This document shows, one piece after another, positions 28,742 through 38,830 of a stretch of DNA of 55,643 nt. The stretch is from a virus (taxonomy: Duplodnaviria; Caudoviricetes), in IMG/VR virus record IMGVR_UViG_3300032331_001807, positions 1-55,643 of that record. The stretch is one strand, 5' to 3'. Within the stretch, counting starts at the first letter, position 1; every line of letters starts with the position of its first letter. The position numbers were made by a program, and so were the translations under genes. The notes beneath the pieces are model-generated. The model worked only from the letters and a program-made list of their open reading frames with translations, was not told the DNA's origin and searched no databases.

Positions 28742-28778
28742 GGTGGGCTCCTCTACGAAGTGCCCACCTATAGCCCCG

Positions 28779-31208
28779 TTAGGCAGGGGCGAGCGTCTGC
28801 TTCCGAGGGACGAGGAACGTCGCGTAGGGGATGCCCGTCAGCGGGTCCAAGTCCGACCCGCACACGATGCCGCCGTTGGCGGGGCCGGGACTGGCCAGCT
28901 TCACCCCGAGGGAGCCCGCGACCGTGGCGAGTCCCGACACGGCCCGGATCGTCACGTCGGTCTGCCCGGTGATCGTGACGCCTCCCGTGTTGACCGTCGT
29001 GCTGTGGTTGCCCGTCCCCACGGTGTGCGTGGAGCCCGCCACCGAGTCGAGCTCAAACGAGTTCGCGCCCGCCCGAGCCCGCCACTTCCCTTGGTTGGTC
29101 TCGTAGGTGAGGTTGCCGATGCCGATGACGCTCGTGCTGTGGTCACCCGTCTGGAATTCTTCCTCGCGGTTGCCGAACACCATGCGGTAGCGGTCCACGA
29201 CAGACTGCGTGACGTTGCCCGTGGCGGGTGTGCTGGAGAACGTCACCAGCCGGGACGGCCCACTTGCCGGGTTGCCGTTCTCTGGTCCCGCGTAGTTGAT
29301 GGTCTCCGCGCCCGTCACCACGACGCTGTGCGTCGAGGTGGTCATGGTGACGTTGCCGCCCGAGCGGATCGCCACTTGGTTCTGGGCGTCGATGGACGCC
29401 GCGTTCGTGTTGGAGATGCTGACCGCCTGCGAGGCGGAAAGATTGACGTTGGCGTCCGAGCGCACCACCACGCCCTGCGACCCGTCCACCACCACGCTGG
29501 GGGTGTTGGGATTGAGGTTGTTGGGTGTCGCCGCCTGCGCCGCCGAGTTGGCATTGAGCGCCCCGCCGCCCGAGATCACCACGGCACCCGTGGCGCTCCC
29601 GAGGTTCAGTCCGACATTCCCCGGCCCGGAAGCGCCGTTGATGCTGATGCCCCCCGTGAGGTTGAGGGCGAGCACCCCTCCCACGGTGAGGGCGAGGTCT
29701 CCCGACGTGGCGACTTCTGCCGACACGGGTCCGCCTGCGAGGTACGCCTTGAAGCGCCCGTCCTTGGTGAAGCTCGTGAAGCTCGCTGCCGTGCTCCCGT
29801 TGGGACCGGGCACTTGGGACACCACCCGGAACAGCGTCGCCGCGTGGTCCTTCAACGGCGACGTGAGCGCCGACACCATCGCGGGAGACACGTTGCCCGA
29901 GGGGTCACGGATCTGGGGCTTGAGAGGGACGCCGTAGAGAGGACGGCCCATGAAGCTGTACGGGTCGTTGCCGATGACGGACCCGAGCACCCACTCCAAG
30001 AACGGCTGGCGTCCGAGTCCAAGGGGGCTCCCCGAGGTCGAGGCCGTCGTGGGCAGTCTCTCCGCGTCGAACCCGTCCGTCTGCTCCGTGACCGGGAGAA
30101 CTCCATCCGAGGTGTGCGTCACCTCGACCCGGTACTCCGTGAGGGCCTCGACGGGCGGGGTGTTGATGTCGGCGGAACGGGCGATGGCGTTGTCGAGCGT
30201 GCCGTCGGGCTTGAGACCCACCCGGTACATGGCCTTGCCGCCGTAGACGGTGTTGGACCGCCCCCCGGGCAGTGCCTCGTCTGACCTGTACCCGTTCGTG
30301 TCGATGAGCCCTCCCCACTGGAGGAACACGAACGGGTCGATGCGCGGGGGGACTGACCCGTCACGGTCTTGGACGAAGTCCGAGGCCACGTTGGCACTCG
30401 TCCGGGTGAAAATCTGCCCCGGCGTGAGGAAGCCTTCGGGGTACGGGGAGTCTCCGAACGTGTCCTCGCTACGAGGTGTGGTGTCGTCCGACATCTGCGG
30501 GGACACCGTCCAGTTCCGCCCGTCGCTGAACAGCGTGCTGGGAAGCAATCGGGCTTCCCGGTGGACCATGCCCGAGTACACCCGAGCACCCGCCATCGCT
30601 TGGTACGTCTGGAGGGACCGGGTGACGATGGCTTGGTCGCTGTCTCGGAGACGGATCTCGTTCCCACGACGGTTGGCGAGGAGGACGTTCTCGTCCAGCA
30701 CGAGGTCACTGCCCTGCGCGCTCGACGCGAACACGTTGCCGGGGGCGAGGTGGCGCATCTTGAAACGCACCCGGTCGAACGTGCCCGAGGTCACGACCCG
30801 GTCCCGCACCGAGTCCATGTTCTCGCCCCGCTCCATCGCTTGGTGGGGAATCCACTCGTGCCCCATCCACGCCGCCTGCGGCACCCACCCGAGGATGATC
30901 GGGGACTTGGCGCTGGCCGTGCCCGCGCTCTCCCGAGCTCCCCACCCGACGTAGCAGAGGTCGCCACGTTCTGGGAGAGCCCCGAAGAAGTGACGTTTCC
31001 CGCCACACGGGACGGTGATGTCCACCCCGGTGTACTCGGCCACTTGGGACTCGCCTTGGAGGACGACCAGCGTGACCTTGAGCTCCTCGTACTGGACCTC
31101 CTTCACCCGGGCGATGCCCACGGCCAACGCCGCCCAGTTCGTGGACGGGTTCGTCGCGGAGGCCGAGTTCAAGGCCGAGCGAATCTCGTGGTTGGCTACT
31201 TTGGTCAT
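28779..31208 (-). CDS. baseplate hub/spike protein (gp5/VgrG-like)
   Basis: N-terminal OB-like region (LPERGDLCYVGW) and C-terminal beta-helix-type Val/Ser/Thr/Gly repeats. Confidence 0.6.
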   Translation of the reverse strand: MTKVANHEIRSALNSASATNPSTNWAALAVGIARVKEVQYEELKVTLVVLQGESQVAEYTGVDITVPCGGKRHFFGALPERGDLCYVGWGARESAGTASAKSPIILGWVPQAAWMGHEWIPHQAMERGENMDSVRDRVVTSGTFDRVRFKMRHLAPGNVFASSAQGSDLVLDENVLLANRRGNEIRLRDSDQAIVTRSLQTYQAMAGARVYSGMVHREARLLPSTLFSDGRNWTVSPQMSDDTTPRSEDTFGDSPYPEGFLTPGQIFTRTSANVASDFVQDRDGSVPPRIDPFVFLQWGGLIDTNGYRSDEALPGGRSNTVYGGKAMYRVGLKPDGTLDNAIARSADINTPPVEALTEYRVEVTHTSDGVLPVTEQTDGFDAERLPTTASTSGSPLGLGRQPFLEWVLGSVIGNDPYSFMGRPLYGVPLKPQIRDPSGNVSPAMVSALTSPLKDHAATLFRVVSQVPGPNGSTAASFTSFTKDGRFKAYLAGGPVSAEVATSGDLALTVGGVLALNLTGGISINGASGPGNVGLNLGSATGAVVISGGGALNANSAAQAATPNNLNPNTPSVVVDGSQGVVVRSDANVNLSASQAVSISNTNAASIDAQNQVAIRSGGNVTMTTSTHSVVVTGAETINYAGPENGNPASGPSRLVTFSSTPATGNVTQSVVDRYRMVFGNREEEFQTGDHSTSVIGIGNLTYETNQGKWRARAGANSFELDSVAGSTHTVGTGNHSTTVNTGGVTITGQTDVTIRAVSGLATVAGSLGVKLASPGPANGGIVCGSDLDPLTGIPYATFLVPRKQTLAPA

Positions 31209-31266
31209 GGCTCACCTTACGGGGACGAAAGACGGGCTAGGGATGCGGCGCAGGCGTAACTGGGAC

Positions 31267-31404
31267 ATGGACTTGAGAGACCGAGAGCGCATCCTCCCTA
31301 GCTGGGATGAGCTCACCCCCGCCGAGCAATGGGAGGCGAGGCTCGCCCCGTTCACCCTGCTCGTCTTCTGTGGCCTGCTCTACCTGTTGTTTGGCGGGGA
31401 ATGA
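31267..31404 (+). CDS. small membrane protein
   Basis: Single C-terminal hydrophobic helix; coupled to the next gene. Confidence 0.5.
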   Translation: MDLRDRERILPSWDELTPAEQWEARLAPFTLLVFCGLLYLLFGGE

Positions 31405-31997
31405 CCGTGGTCGAAGGCACCTACTACACCCTGTCGAGCGAACAGGTGGCATACCTCCGCACGGTGGTCGAGGGACGCACGGTCGCGGACCTTGGGTGCG
31501 GGAGCGGAGCACTCGCCGTCACGATGGCCAACATGGGGGCCAAGCTCGTCCACGCCGTGGACAAGGCTCCCTGTCCCGTCGAGCACCCGAGGATCGAGCA
31601 CCACCAGAGGATCGAGCACCACCAGAGCTACTTCAAGCACTGGCCCTGTCCCGAGGGCGTCGAGGTGGCAGTGGTGTGCTGGCCCCAGAACTACACGCTC
31701 ATGGGACTCACGGAGATCCTCCGTGCCGTCCCAAACATCGTGTACGTCGGCAAGAACACGGACGGGACGGCGTGCGGGACACCCCCGTTGTTCGCCTACC
31801 TGTCCCGACGCGAGCCCGTGCGGTGTCTACCGCGCCAGACGAACGTGCTCATCCACTACGGGAACGAGCCCCGCCGAGAGCCCACCCTCTACCATGAGGA
31901 GTTCGCCGCCCTCTGGAACGATCATCCCCACCCCTACCTTCCGAGCGACGTTCGACAGGACGTGAGCTCGTGGCTACAACCTTCCACGAGGGCATGA
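31401..31997 (+). CDS. class I SAM-dependent methyltransferase
   Basis: VADLGCGSG, VHAVD, CWP. Confidence 0.8.
   Translation: MTVVEGTYYTLSSEQVAYLRTVVEGRTVADLGCGSGALAVTMANMGAKLVHAVDKAPCPVEHPRIEHHQRIEHHQSYFKHWPCPEGVEVAVVCWPQNYTLMGLTEILRAVPNIVYVGKNTDGTACGTPPLFAYLSRREPVRCLPRQTNVLIHYGNEPRREPTLYHEEFAALWNDHPHPYLPSDVRQDVSSWLQPSTRA
31590..31625 (+). repeat. perfect 18-bp in-frame tandem duplication (RIEHHQ x2)
   Basis: AGGATCGAGCACCACCAG twice. Confidence 0.9.
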
Positions 31998-32000
31998 AAC

Positions 32001-32300
32001 ATGGACTCCTTCACGTTCCTCTTCCAACTCGCCGCGATCACGGACCCGTCGTTCCTCGGTGACGACGACACCGCCACGATTCTCACGATGGAAGCCAACC
32101 GTCTGCGGTGGCCCGACATCCCCGGCAAGGACAAGTCTGCGTTCGCCACGGGGTACATCATGGGCCGCGAGAAGATGGGCCGCGATCCGCACCTCCCAGA
32201 AGGAGAGAACTTGGACTACGACCTCGGGTACGAGCGGGGGATGGCTGTCGGGGAGGGAGCGCCCCGTCCCGAATGGGACAGGGCCGTATCGGTCAACTGA
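32001..32300 (+). CDS. hypothetical protein
   Basis: 99-aa ORF. Confidence 0.7.
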   Translation: MDSFTFLFQLAAITDPSFLGDDDTATILTMEANRLRWPDIPGKDKSAFATGYIMGREKMGRDPHLPEGENLDYDLGYERGMAVGEGAPRPEWDRAVSVN

Positions 32301-32303
32301 CGG

Positions 32304-34691
32304 TCAGACCGTCTCTTCGTCGGCGGTCTCGTCGTCCGCCGTCTCGTCGTCCTGCGCCGCCATGAAGTCAGCGGCGATCTTCGCCGCCAGCCTCGACTCG
32401 ACGGTGTGGGCCTTCTTCTTCTGCGCCGGGATGGCGTCGAGCCACTCGTCCTTGGCCTTCTCGGCTTCCGCCTCCGAGCCGTGGGCCGAGTAGACGAACT
32501 TCGACGGCTTTCCGATCACGGACCAGATACCGTCGTCCTCCTCGACCACGAAGTCGGTGTCGGGCTTCGCGGGCTTCTTCTTGGATGCCGCGAGCTTGTC
32601 GATCACCATCTCGTTCGCTTCCGGGGCGACCTCCGCGAGCAGGGCGCTGTACGCGCACTTGCCCTTCTTGGCGTTCGCCGTGAGGTAGCCAGCCACCTTC
32701 ACCGGGTCCGAACCATTCCGGGCGAACAGGTCAGCGGCAATCACTCCCGCCTCGTGGTGCAGGGCGCTGCAAGCATCGAGGCCCAGCTTGGCGGTCTTCT
32801 CGCTGAAGCCGTACAGGCCGTTGCCCGACTTGCCAGCGGTCTTGCCAGCCTTGAGCGCCGCAGCGGGGCCGATGTCCTCCATCGCCTTGAGGAGCATCGA
32901 GGCGGTCTTGCTGCCCGCCTTCGCGGCGTGCTTCTGGAGGAACGCCACCGAGCCCTCGTCCTTGGCGTACAGGTTCGACGCGATGCGCTTGGCGGACTTC
33001 GCCAGCTTGTTCACGCCCGCCGTACACGCGCTCTCGGTGCTCTTCGTGAAGCCCCACTTGCCGCCAGCGGTCACGGCGGCGGTCTTGCCCTTGCCCGCTT
33101 CGTCGATGAGTTCTTCCCGGGCCTTGGCCGCGCCCTTGAACTTGGAGACGAGGTGCTTCGCCGTGGCGCTGTCGTCCGAGATGATCGCCCGGAGGTACGC
33201 CCGGTAGTGAAGGTCGTCCTCGGTCATCCCCTTGTTGGCCTTCATGAGGGCTGTGGCGACGGTCGTCCAGTCGAGGGCGGCGGTGCGGTTGAAGAACAGG
33301 TTGAACGGGACCGTGCCGTCGTCCTCACGGTGCATGACCGATTCGATGTCGGCGGTCTTGCCCTCCATGTCCTTGCGGAGCTTGACGACCGACTCTGGGG
33401 GATCTTCGTTCATCTCCTTGAACTCGGGGCCAACCACCTTGGCGACCTCGTCCACGGTCATCGACTTGCCCTTCTCAAACTTGGTCGTCTTCAGCATTTC
33501 TGCAAAGGCGTCCATCGCGATGAGGGGCTTGGCCTTCTTCTGCATCTCCTCGCGGACCTTCACCACCGACGCGGGCGGGTCTTCGTTCATCTCCTTGAAC
33601 TCGGGACCGACAACGTCAGCCACCTCGTCCACGGTCATCGACTTGCCCGCCGGGAACTTGGCCGTGCGCCCCGGGAAGTAGTCCGAAGCGTCCTGCTGGC
33701 AGTGCTCGCTGCCGGGGTCGCGGTACTTGCAGTGGATGCTCCACGCCGTCGCCCACGCCTGCCCCTCGGAGTAGTCGGGGTTCTTCTTCTTGATCTCCTC
33801 GACATCCTTCTCGACCTCCGGGGGGAGGTTGACGGCGTACTTGAGGATGCTGGCGTAGTCGCTGGCCTTCATGGATGCAGTCACTCCGTAGTCTCGACGA
33901 GTCATGAGAGGTTGGGTGAGGCTCCCGGCCTCTCGTTCGACGCTCTTCTCACGACCCCGGTCGTACCGAGACTTGTCCTTGTGGTAGCCCGCGCCGAGGC
34001 CAGCACCGGGGAGGCCCGCACGGCCCTCGTCCTTCCGGGCTTCCCACTGGACCTTGGACATGGCCTTCGCAGCGTCGGACTTCTCCGTGGGGCGGACAGG
34101 CCCGTGCTGGAGAAACCGGGCCATCCCCTTGTCCTTGAGGGACCGCCGCTCCTTCTTGCCCGCGTCGTGCTCGGATGCCATGACCTGTCTTCCTTTCGGG
34201 GTGACCTCACGCTCGATGGCCATCGCAGGGCGACGGACGAGGTACTTGGGCCACTTCTCGTACCACTTGGCGTAGAACTCGGACTTGGACACCACCCGCA
34301 CGGTCTCGTCCGGGTCGGGGATGTTGGGGTCCGCCACATGGACGTTCCACTCGTCATCCACGTCGAACACCACCGAGGCGTGCGACCACTCCCGCCCCTC
34401 GGGATTCCACGCGATGATGACGGGCGTTCCTGCGTCCGTCCACGCCTTGAGTTGCTTGAGGGTGCAGGGTGAGGTGAGGGTGCCCCGCATCCCGTAGTGC
34501 TGGGCGCAGGCAAGGGCCTGCTCCCACGTCGCCCCCTGCATCGGGCGAGCACCCATCACCCGGTTCACCTCGTCCTCGTCGCACCCGTGCCCGTGTGCTT
34601 GGAGGCACATGGACATCGACGCGGACATGCAGGTGTACTGGGTCCGCTGTCGGACGGGGGTGAGGTCAGCTTTGGCGGTCTTCGCAGCCAT
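32304..34691 (-). CDS. multi-module protein: N-terminal C39-like cysteine peptidase plus internally repeated modules
   Basis: RQRTQYTCMSAS, HASVV, VADP; duplicated GKSMTVDEVAxVVGPEFKEMNEDPPxSVVK; duplicated GxxGF helical module. Confidence 0.75.
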   Translation of the reverse strand: MAAKTAKADLTPVRQRTQYTCMSASMSMCLQAHGHGCDEDEVNRVMGARPMQGATWEQALACAQHYGMRGTLTSPCTLKQLKAWTDAGTPVIIAWNPEGREWSHASVVFDVDDEWNVHVADPNIPDPDETVRVVSKSEFYAKWYEKWPKYLVRRPAMAIEREVTPKGRQVMASEHDAGKKERRSLKDKGMARFLQHGPVRPTEKSDAAKAMSKVQWEARKDEGRAGLPGAGLGAGYHKDKSRYDRGREKSVEREAGSLTQPLMTRRDYGVTASMKASDYASILKYAVNLPPEVEKDVEEIKKKNPDYSEGQAWATAWSIHCKYRDPGSEHCQQDASDYFPGRTAKFPAGKSMTVDEVADVVGPEFKEMNEDPPASVVKVREEMQKKAKPLIAMDAFAEMLKTTKFEKGKSMTVDEVAKVVGPEFKEMNEDPPESVVKLRKDMEGKTADIESVMHREDDGTVPFNLFFNRTAALDWTTVATALMKANKGMTEDDLHYRAYLRAIISDDSATAKHLVSKFKGAAKAREELIDEAGKGKTAAVTAGGKWGFTKSTESACTAGVNKLAKSAKRIASNLYAKDEGSVAFLQKHAAKAGSKTASMLLKAMEDIGPAAALKAGKTAGKSGNGLYGFSEKTAKLGLDACSALHHEAGVIAADLFARNGSDPVKVAGYLTANAKKGKCAYSALLAEVAPEANEMVIDKLAASKKKPAKPDTDFVVEEDDGIWSVIGKPSKFVYSAHGSEAEAEKAKDEWLDAIPAQKKKAHTVESRLAAKIAADFMAAQDDETADDETADEETV

Positions 34692-34751
34692 CGCAAGGCG
34701 GCGGGGTATAGGGCGGGAAACGGGTGGGTGCCCTACCTAGCCCGTGATGAG

Positions 34752-35318
34752 CTAGGATATCACCGGCTGAACGTATGCGGCGTAGGCCGGATCGTTCGTG
34801 GCGGGAAAGCCGACAAAAGCCCCGGCGAAGACCTGTGCCCCGGCACCCACGGTGTACGTTGGGAAGGATATCGGCAGGTATCCCAGAGGGACAATCTGCG
34901 AGTACGGGAAAGGCCCGAACCCGCCAATCAAGCTGACGCTTGCGATGTATTGCTGACCCGGAATCAGCGGCACTCCGAGAGGAGCAAAAGCTCCGGTCGT
35001 GGACACCTTCGTCCCAAACATGGACGGCGCAAACGGGATCGTCTCCGATGCGAGGTTGGTGCTACCAACGACGCTCCACAAGTCGAAACGGATGTCGTTG
35101 GGGTCAGTACCGCTGTCGAGAGCAACAAGGTGCTCGATCCCGGTGCAGGATGTTCCGATTGCGGTAAACAGCGTGCCAATCACGATCTGGAAACCGGGAT
35201 TGTAATTCATGTTTCCGACCGGATAGGCCGCGTTCAACGTCGTCAAGTAATCGGTCACCGGGGGCGGTGCGGCGTTCGCCGTGGCGATGGCTGCGGTGGC
35301 TCCGAGCAGGTAGATCAT
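34752..35318 (-). CDS. putative virion/fibre-associated protein
   Basis: Beta-rich, last gene of the fibre operon. Confidence 0.55.
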   Translation of the reverse strand: MIYLLGATAAIATANAAPPPVTDYLTTLNAAYPVGNMNYNPGFQIVIGTLFTAIGTSCTGIEHLVALDSGTDPNDIRFDLWSVVGSTNLASETIPFAPSMFGTKVSTTGAFAPLGVPLIPGQQYIASVSLIGGFGPFPYSQIVPLGYLPISFPTYTVGAGAQVFAGAFVGFPATNDPAYAAYVQPVIS

Positions 35319-35321
35319 CGG

Positions 35322-37280
35322 TCAGTACCCAAGGGTCTCCCAAGAGTTCGCCGCCGATACGCGGACAACGAGAGCCCCCCCGTCCGTGGAGATCGTCGCC
35401 GTCCCGCCCGCCGATCCGTTCAGCGTATCCGTCCCGACCAAGAGGCTGATCGTGATGGGACCGGCACCAGAAGCGTCCCTTGCAGCGTCGAAGACCACCC
35501 ACTGCTTTCCAACATCCCCAGCAACCGGAGAGAACAGCGCCACAGTCTTCGCGCTACCCGCAGTCTCCATGCGGACCAAAGGTGCGCTCGTATCGACGAG
35601 GTTGTACGAAGCCCCACCGTTCACCGCGTCGGGAATCGCCGCGCGGTTGAACTGCGTCGTGTAGAACGTCTGCTGCCCGCCCGAGGCGTTCCAAGTGTTG
35701 TCGCTCGACGTGCTCGCGACCTTCGCCCACGCCGCAGAGCGACGGACGTACAGGGCGTTTTCGTCCGTAGCGTAGGCCAGACAACCATCCGGCGACCCTC
35801 CCGTGAGAACGGGAAGGTTGGCGAACGGGTACGAACCGAGGAACGTCCCTGCCGTGGCAAGGAGGTTCACGGTGGCTGCTCCCAGTACGGTGTACAGGGT
35901 GCCCGCCGCCGCGAGGCCCGACGTGCTGAGGCTCCCCGAGAGGTTCAAGCTGAACGCGGCGCTGCCGGGGAACAGGAACACCTGCGACGGGCCTCCATTG
36001 AGGCCGAACGAGCAATCCTTGACGTTGATGGAGTTCAATCCCGTGGTGTCGCGGAGATTCAACGTCATGTTGAAGGAACACTTCTCAAGGTACGCCTCCG
36101 TGAAGGAGCCATCGAGGCAGAACCCCGCAGACGTGTTCAGTTCGCAACCAATCGCGGTCAACCTCACCTCGAAGGTGCCCGTGGAGAGCGCAGCGGTGCC
36201 GGGATTCGTACTTCTGATAGTGACCCTTTCGAGGCTGATCTCCCACCCGCTGTCCGAGACAGAGATGGGGGCCACAGCACCGCTCACTTGGAAGGCGCAG
36301 TTGGCGATGTACAGGGACGCCGTGGTGGTGGCTCCACCGGGGTTATCGAGGAGTGCGTACCCTTGGACGTACAGCCCCGAGATGACTTGAGTCCCGCTGT
36401 CCGCCGTGCAGGTGATGTTCCCCGTGAGAAGGGTGGACCCAAAACCCCCGCTCGCGACCAGCGAGACGTTCTTGGAGAGGGTGAGGCTTTCCGTATACGA
36501 GCCGGGGAGGACCACCACCGTCGCCGCTGCGAGTCCGCCCGTGATCGCAGCACCCGCTGCGGTGATGGCGTCTTGGATCGCCGTCGCGCCCCGGTACTGG
36601 GCCGTGGAGTTGGAGGTTCCCGCCACGAACGTCGGAGGGCTCACCCACTCCGGGGCCGTCGCTCCGCTGTTGACCGTGAGAACTTGCCCCGCCGTTCCGA
36701 TGCCTCGCCGGGTGACCGTGCCCGCCCCGGTCCCGTAGATGAGGTCTCCCGCCGTCGTGACGGTGCTTGAAGGCACCGCGCCCACGTCGGACGCGCCGAT
36801 GGTGTCCCACTCCGGGGCCGTAGCCCCTCCGTTCACGCGGAGGAACTGGTTGGCCGTCCCGATTGGAAGGTTCGTGACCGTAGAGGCACTGCTCGCGTAC
36901 ATGAGGTCGCCCAACGCCGAGACGGGCAGGGCGTGGACGTGATCTTGGTGCGCCGCCTCCGTGGAGGTGCCCGCAGCAGCCGAGAGGCCCAGAGCGGCTG
37001 GGAGCGTCGTGCTGAACAGGGTCGTCCAAGCGGGGATACCACCGCCAGACACCCCGAGGAACTGACCCGTCGTGCCGATGGGCAGAGCCGCCGGGGTGCT
37101 CGCCCCCGAGGCGTACAGAAGTTGCCCCGTCGCCGTGAAGATCGACGAGTTGATCGGGCTGGACGTGGTCCCCCCATCGTTCAAGACGTAGAGAAACCCG
37201 CCCTGCGTGTAGAGGACGGTCGTACCCGATGCGGGGGTCGCCGGGGTCGAGGCTTCGTCAGTCAGAACGATCTTGGACAT
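35322..37280 (-). CDS. tail fibre-like protein
   Basis: Three G(D/Q)L(L/M/I)Y...IGTxxQxL repeats, DHVH motif, central beta-helix-like region. Confidence 0.7.
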   Translation of the reverse strand: MSKIVLTDEASTPATPASGTTVLYTQGGFLYVLNDGGTTSSPINSSIFTATGQLLYASGASTPAALPIGTTGQFLGVSGGGIPAWTTLFSTTLPAALGLSAAAGTSTEAAHQDHVHALPVSALGDLMYASSASTVTNLPIGTANQFLRVNGGATAPEWDTIGASDVGAVPSSTVTTAGDLIYGTGAGTVTRRGIGTAGQVLTVNSGATAPEWVSPPTFVAGTSNSTAQYRGATAIQDAITAAGAAITGGLAAATVVVLPGSYTESLTLSKNVSLVASGGFGSTLLTGNITCTADSGTQVISGLYVQGYALLDNPGGATTTASLYIANCAFQVSGAVAPISVSDSGWEISLERVTIRSTNPGTAALSTGTFEVRLTAIGCELNTSAGFCLDGSFTEAYLEKCSFNMTLNLRDTTGLNSINVKDCSFGLNGGPSQVFLFPGSAAFSLNLSGSLSTSGLAAAGTLYTVLGAATVNLLATAGTFLGSYPFANLPVLTGGSPDGCLAYATDENALYVRRSAAWAKVASTSSDNTWNASGGQQTFYTTQFNRAAIPDAVNGGASYNLVDTSAPLVRMETAGSAKTVALFSPVAGDVGKQWVVFDAARDASGAGPITISLLVGTDTLNGSAGGTATISTDGGALVVRVSAANSWETLGY

Positions 37281-37354
37281 GGGGTCTCCGTGGGGGTGTC
37301 GCTTCTACGGTGGCGATATAGTGTGTACCGCCCGTTAGTCGGTCACGCGATGCT

Positions 37355-37600
37355 CTAGGTCGTCGTGATTCTGTAGATCGTCGCGCCCGCCGGGACGGGG
37401 AGGCTCGTCGTGCTGCCGTACACCCAAGCGTTCGTGCGGTAGTAGTAGGTCGTCATACCCCCACCTCCACCACCGCCCCCCGGAGTGAACGAGACGGGAG
37501 TGATGGCCGATACCGTCGCGATCCCCGGGCTGTGGCTCCCACCGACGACGTAGCTCGTCGGCGTGATCGCAGGGACGATGCTGATGTTCTCCACCGCCAT
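37355..37600 (-). CDS. small virion-type protein
   Basis: MAVENISIVPAITP..., poly-Gly linker. Confidence 0.55.
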   Translation of the reverse strand: MAVENISIVPAITPTSYVVGGSHSPGIATVSAITPVSFTPGGGGGGGGMTTYYYRTNAWVYGSTTSLPVPAGATIYRITTT

Positions 37601-38808
37601 CAGAAGCTCACATAGGTGCCGGGGGTGATGTTCAATCCGGGGGTGGTCGCCCCGTCCCACGGGAGGACGACCGAGGGGTAGTTTGGATCAGTGACGATCT
37701 GAAACACGGCCAAGGTCAAGCCCACGTTCGTCGAGTGCGTGAGCACCTTCGACGTACCGAGCAGGAAGCTCCCCAGCACACCCGTGCGACCGTTCAGCCC
37801 GTCCGTATCGGACACCGCCGTGGTCCACGGACCCGCGTTGTAGCTGATGGGCGAAAGCTGCTTGTTGGGTTGGTACGGAGAATCTTGGTACGGAGGTGCT
37901 CCGATGTACAGGTTCACCGAGTCGAACGAGCGAGGAGGTCCAACGTCGATCAGCCCCAGCGTGCCGCCGTTTTGAGTGCTGTTATATGGGTTGTAGTTGG
38001 GGTAGGCCGTACTTGCGAGAGCCGCCTCCACTTGGTTGAAGATCATCGACACCTGCGGGACCGGGAGGTCGATGCCCGTATCCGGGGTGCCCGTGAAGAA
38101 CCCCGAGAACATGTACTTCCCGTTGTCAACCCACGAGGTCACCGCCGCGAAGTTGTTCTCATCGAACACCATGTGGCAGCGGGTCTGCGCCGAGTAGCCG
38201 TCGATGTTCGTGAAGATCGGGATCATGTCGGCGGTATCGCTCGCACGAGGTCCGTCCGCCGCGTTCGAACGGGGGAGGACGTACCGCTTGGTGGCGTCCC
38301 ACACAGGCCCGGTGCCCGGTGTCGCACCCTTGGTGTCGTTGGCGGCGGCGACGGCCCCCGAGGAGGCGTTCGTCGTGCCCGTCCACGGGGACGTGTCGTT
38401 CCCAGCCCCGTCATCCCCCATCGCCACGGCGATCCCGACGCACTGGGTGTAACCCGGGTTGCTGAAGATGAACGCCGGGGCGACCGTGCTGATGGCCCCG
38501 CTTCCCGCGTACTGGATCAGCAGGTAGATCGAGTGCGTGCGGGTCGTGGTGATGCCCGTCTCGCCCGACTTCTTCCAGCGGAACACCGCGAACGCCCCGT
38601 CACCGAAGCTGGGTGGAGCGTCGAGGTCCCCGGTGCCGCCGCTGCCACGGTTCGCGGCGATGAGCTCCAGCGGCATCGTCCCCGGGCCGTTCAGCGGGTT
38701 CTGGTCGCAGTACTCGTAGAGCTTGGAGTAGATCGCCGTGAAGAAGAAATTGACGCGGGCGGTGATCGCCGCCGTGTCGTACATCTCGATTACGCCGTGA
38801 ACGGTCAT
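37600..38808 (-). CDS. putative virion structural protein
   Basis: 402 aa, Gly/Thr/Asn-rich, fibre operon. Confidence 0.6.
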   Translation of the reverse strand: MTVHGVIEMYDTAAITARVNFFFTAIYSKLYEYCDQNPLNGPGTMPLELIAANRGSGGTGDLDAPPSFGDGAFAVFRWKKSGETGITTTRTHSIYLLIQYAGSGAISTVAPAFIFSNPGYTQCVGIAVAMGDDGAGNDTSPWTGTTNASSGAVAAANDTKGATPGTGPVWDATKRYVLPRSNAADGPRASDTADMIPIFTNIDGYSAQTRCHMVFDENNFAAVTSWVDNGKYMFSGFFTGTPDTGIDLPVPQVSMIFNQVEAALASTAYPNYNPYNSTQNGGTLGLIDVGPPRSFDSVNLYIGAPPYQDSPYQPNKQLSPISYNAGPWTTAVSDTDGLNGRTGVLGSFLLGTSKVLTHSTNVGLTLAVFQIVTDPNYPSVVLPWDGATTPGLNITPGTYVSF

Positions 38809-38830
38809 CGTCTATCTCCGAGTCTCCGGG

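Noticed and set aside
32310-32352. DDETA-type repeats at a protein C-terminus, and KSSK x2 near 26070
   Set aside because: Ordinary low-complexity tails
32406-36770. Long + strand ORFs (688 and 757 aa) and similar antisense ORFs throughout the track
   Set aside because: Shadow frames of GC3-rich minus-strand genes, with no recognisable motifs
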